From an uncultured Veillonellaceae bacterium (GTDB lineage Bacteria > Bacillota > Negativicutes > JARBTT01): a stretch of DNA of 64,000 nucleotides. The notes beneath the pieces were generated by a model. It made no database searches and had not been told where the DNA came from. It saw only the letters and a list, made by a program, of their open reading frames with translations. Every line of letters starts with the position of its first letter. The stretch's first letter is position 1. The stretch spans positions 96,001 to 160,000 of the forward strand of contig CAWDTA010000005.1 of the NCBI GenBank assembly GCA_963805085.1, in the 5' to 3' direction. Of the stretch, positions 61,928-64,000 are shown one piece after another. The position numbers and the translations under genes were made by a program.

Positions 61928-62386
61928 GTGGATGTAAAATTAATCAACCCATTTATTGATGCATTTATGACAATAATGCCGCAAGTTGGGTTTCAAAATA
62001 TTGCTAGAGGTAAAGTTGCATTAAAAGAAAAAGCTGCAGATAGCTTGGGGGTCACAGCTTTAGTCGGGTTGACAAAGGAAATACGTGGTAATGTGGCTTA
62101 TAATATGTCGGATGAAACTGCTCGTTTTATAGCCTCGACGATGATGTGTGGTATGCCAGTTGCAGCCTTTGATGAAATGGCGCAAAGTGCCATTTCTGAA
62201 TTATCCAATATGCTTACAGCAAATGCTGCCACCAATCTAACCGCCTTAGGAATTGAAGTAGATATTTCAACACCCAGTTTAACAATCGGTGATGGTTTTA
62301 CTGTAAAAATTAGTGATGCACAATATGTAGCAATTGAAATGATTGCAGATGGACATACCTTAGAAGTTAATATTGCTTTGAAATAA
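61928..62386 (+). CDS. cheX: Chemotaxis phosphatase CheX
   Basis: INPFI, SAISELSNMLTANA, DISTPS. Confidence 0.85.
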   Translation: MDVKLINPFIDAFMTIMPQVGFQNIARGKVALKEKAADSLGVTALVGLTKEIRGNVAYNMSDETARFIASTMMCGMPVAAFDEMAQSAISELSNMLTANAATNLTALGIEVDISTPSLTIGDGFTVKISDAQYVAIEMIADGHTLEVNIALK

Positions 62387-62425
62387 AAAAATCACCGATA
62401 TTAAATAATATCGGTGATTTTTTTT
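62387..62425. terminator. Bidirectional terminator
   Basis: aaaaatcaccgatatt-aaat-aatatcggtgattttt. Confidence 0.8.
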
Positions 62426-62449
62426 AGAAGAACGATCAAACAAGGGGAC

Positions 62450-63622
62450 TTATTTGATATGTTTTTTTACGAAGTTTTCAATTCTGGATAATGCTTCGGA
62501 AATTTTATTTACAGATGTTGCATACGAGCAACGAATAAAGCCTTCACCACATTCGCCAAAAGCAGTACCAGGAACTAAAGCAACACGTTCAGAACGAAGC
62601 AGTTTTTCGGCGAATTCTTCAGAGCTTAGACCAGTATTTTGAATGGAAGGGAAGATGTAGAATGCACCTTTTGGTTCGAAACATGTTAGGCCCATATTGC
62701 GAATGCCATCTAAAATGAGATGACGACGACGGTCGTATTCAGCGACCATTTTTTTCATGTGTTTCTCACCGTGACGAAGTGCTTCTAGTGCGCCAATTTG
62801 CGCTGTGATTGGTGCGCAAAGCATCGTATATTGATGAATTTTTGTCATTGCGGCAATAAAGGTAGGATTGGCTAAAGCATAACCGATCCGCCAGCCAGTC
62901 ATCGCATAAGATTTTGAAAATCCATTTAATAGAATCGTGCGATCACGCATGTTTGGTAATGAAGAGAAACAAGTATGCTTTGCACCGGCATAGATCAGGT
63001 TGGAATAAATTTCATCGGAGATAACGATTAAATCATGGGCTTCCGCAAAGTCAGCGATCTTTTGTAAATCATCCTTGCTCATCACGGCACCAGTTGGGTT
63101 ATTTGGATAACCAATTAACAATACTCTTGTTTTTGCCGTTAAATATTTTTCTAGCTCTGCTGCGGTAATGCGAAATTCATTTTCAATGGTAGTTGGTACA
63201 CCAACTGCACTGCCGCCTGCAAGAGTGACACAAGCATTGTAAGAAACATAGCAAGGTTCTGGAATCAATACTTCATCGCCAGGCGAGATTACTGCACGTA
63301 ACGCAAGATCGAGTGCCTCACTTACGCCAACTGTGATTAGTACTTCATTTTTCGGGCAATATTCTACATTGTCATTCCGTTTTAAAAGGTTAACGATTTC
63401 TTCACGCAATTCTAAAAGCCCATGGTTTGCCGTATAGGCGGTGTAACCTTGTTCTAGACCATATACGCAGCTTTCACGAATATGCCAAGGTGTGACGAAA
63501 TCTGGCTCACCTACACCGAGAGAGACGACATCCTCCATCTCAGCAGCGATATCAAAGAAACGGCGAATGCCAGATGGCGCAATTGCATTTACTGATGGTG
63601 AAATACGATCTTCCCAATTCAT
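62450..63622 (-). CDS. PLP-dependent class I/II aminotransferase (YugH-like)
   Basis: SGIRRFF, LGVGEPDF, YPNNPTG, SDEIY, NGFSKSYAMTGWRIG. Confidence 0.93.
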   Translation of the reverse strand: MNWEDRISPSVNAIAPSGIRRFFDIAAEMEDVVSLGVGEPDFVTPWHIRESCVYGLEQGYTAYTANHGLLELREEIVNLLKRNDNVEYCPKNEVLITVGVSEALDLALRAVISPGDEVLIPEPCYVSYNACVTLAGGSAVGVPTTIENEFRITAAELEKYLTAKTRVLLIGYPNNPTGAVMSKDDLQKIADFAEAHDLIVISDEIYSNLIYAGAKHTCFSSLPNMRDRTILLNGFSKSYAMTGWRIGYALANPTFIAAMTKIHQYTMLCAPITAQIGALEALRHGEKHMKKMVAEYDRRRHLILDGIRNMGLTCFEPKGAFYIFPSIQNTGLSSEEFAEKLLRSERVALVPGTAFGECGEGFIRCSYATSVNKISEALSRIENFVKKHIK

Positions 63623-63999
63623 GGCGATACCACCAATCTACGGTCTTTTTCTTGGTCGTCAATGATGACACCGTCTTTTTTATATGGCTTTAGCATGAAA
63701 TTGCTGCGTGTACTGATCACACCTTCAATTGTAGCAAGGCGCGTAGAAACAAAGTTAGAAACATCTTTTAAGGATTTACCTTCGATCATAACGAGTAGAT
63801 CAAACCCTCCCGACATCAGATAGACAGAGCGGACTTCATCAAAACGATAAATGCGTTCTGCAATTGCATCAAATCCAACTTCGCGTTGTGGTGTTACTTT
63901 CACTTCAATTGTAGCTGTTACTGTATCGTCACCGAATTTTTCCCAATTAATCAGTGTATTATAGCTTAAGATTACTTTATCTTTTTCTAGTTTTTTTAA
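63619..63999 (-). CDS. Lrp/AsnC family regulator (YugG-like), 5' end outside window
   Basis: Frame stays open to window end: KKLEKDKVILSYNTLINWEK..IEVKVTPQREVGFD..YLMSGGFDL. Confidence 0.88.
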   Translation of the reverse strand, partial: LKKLEKDKVILSYNTLINWEKFGDDTVTATIEVKVTPQREVGFDAIAERIYRFDEVRSVYLMSGGFDLLVMIEGKSLKDVSNFVSTRLATIEGVISTRSNFMLKPYKKDGVIIDDQEKDRRLVVSP

Positions 64000-64000
64000 T

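Overview
AT-rich chromosomal window from an anaerobic diderm Firmicute (Negativicutes-like: SLH/OmpM-type porins, probable spore-surface genes). From left to right it holds: the 5' end of uppP; a YgbA-type Cys protein; and a 12.7-kb respiratory block. That block encodes a Tat-lipoprotein flavoenzyme, a pentaheme NrfH/NapC-like cytochrome c, ccmABCEF, a porin, an MCP and a divergent PRD activator. It is bracketed by two complementary broken copies of a 60-codon Cys/His-rich gene. Next come a protease, an MFS transporter, a ROK regulator with a GPH transporter, an HD protein, tRNA-Gly and tRNA-Leu, and a collagen-like protein. These are followed by YtrA-GntR/SPFH/psrABC-like reductase genes and a ferredoxin, then a Moco-riboswitch moe/moa operon that shows deletion scars. 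Housekeeping genes follow (tcdA, glnS, putP and others), then an alpha-glucan utilisation locus (2 RpiR regulators, PTS IICBA, GH13, HAD, SLH porin, amylopullulanase, GH4). The window ends with amtB-glnK behind an ANTAR-like leader, CheY/CheX genes, an aminotransferase and a partial Lrp gene. No CRISPR array, rRNA, integrase or intact transposase was seen. All calls come from motif reading by eye; no database searches were run.
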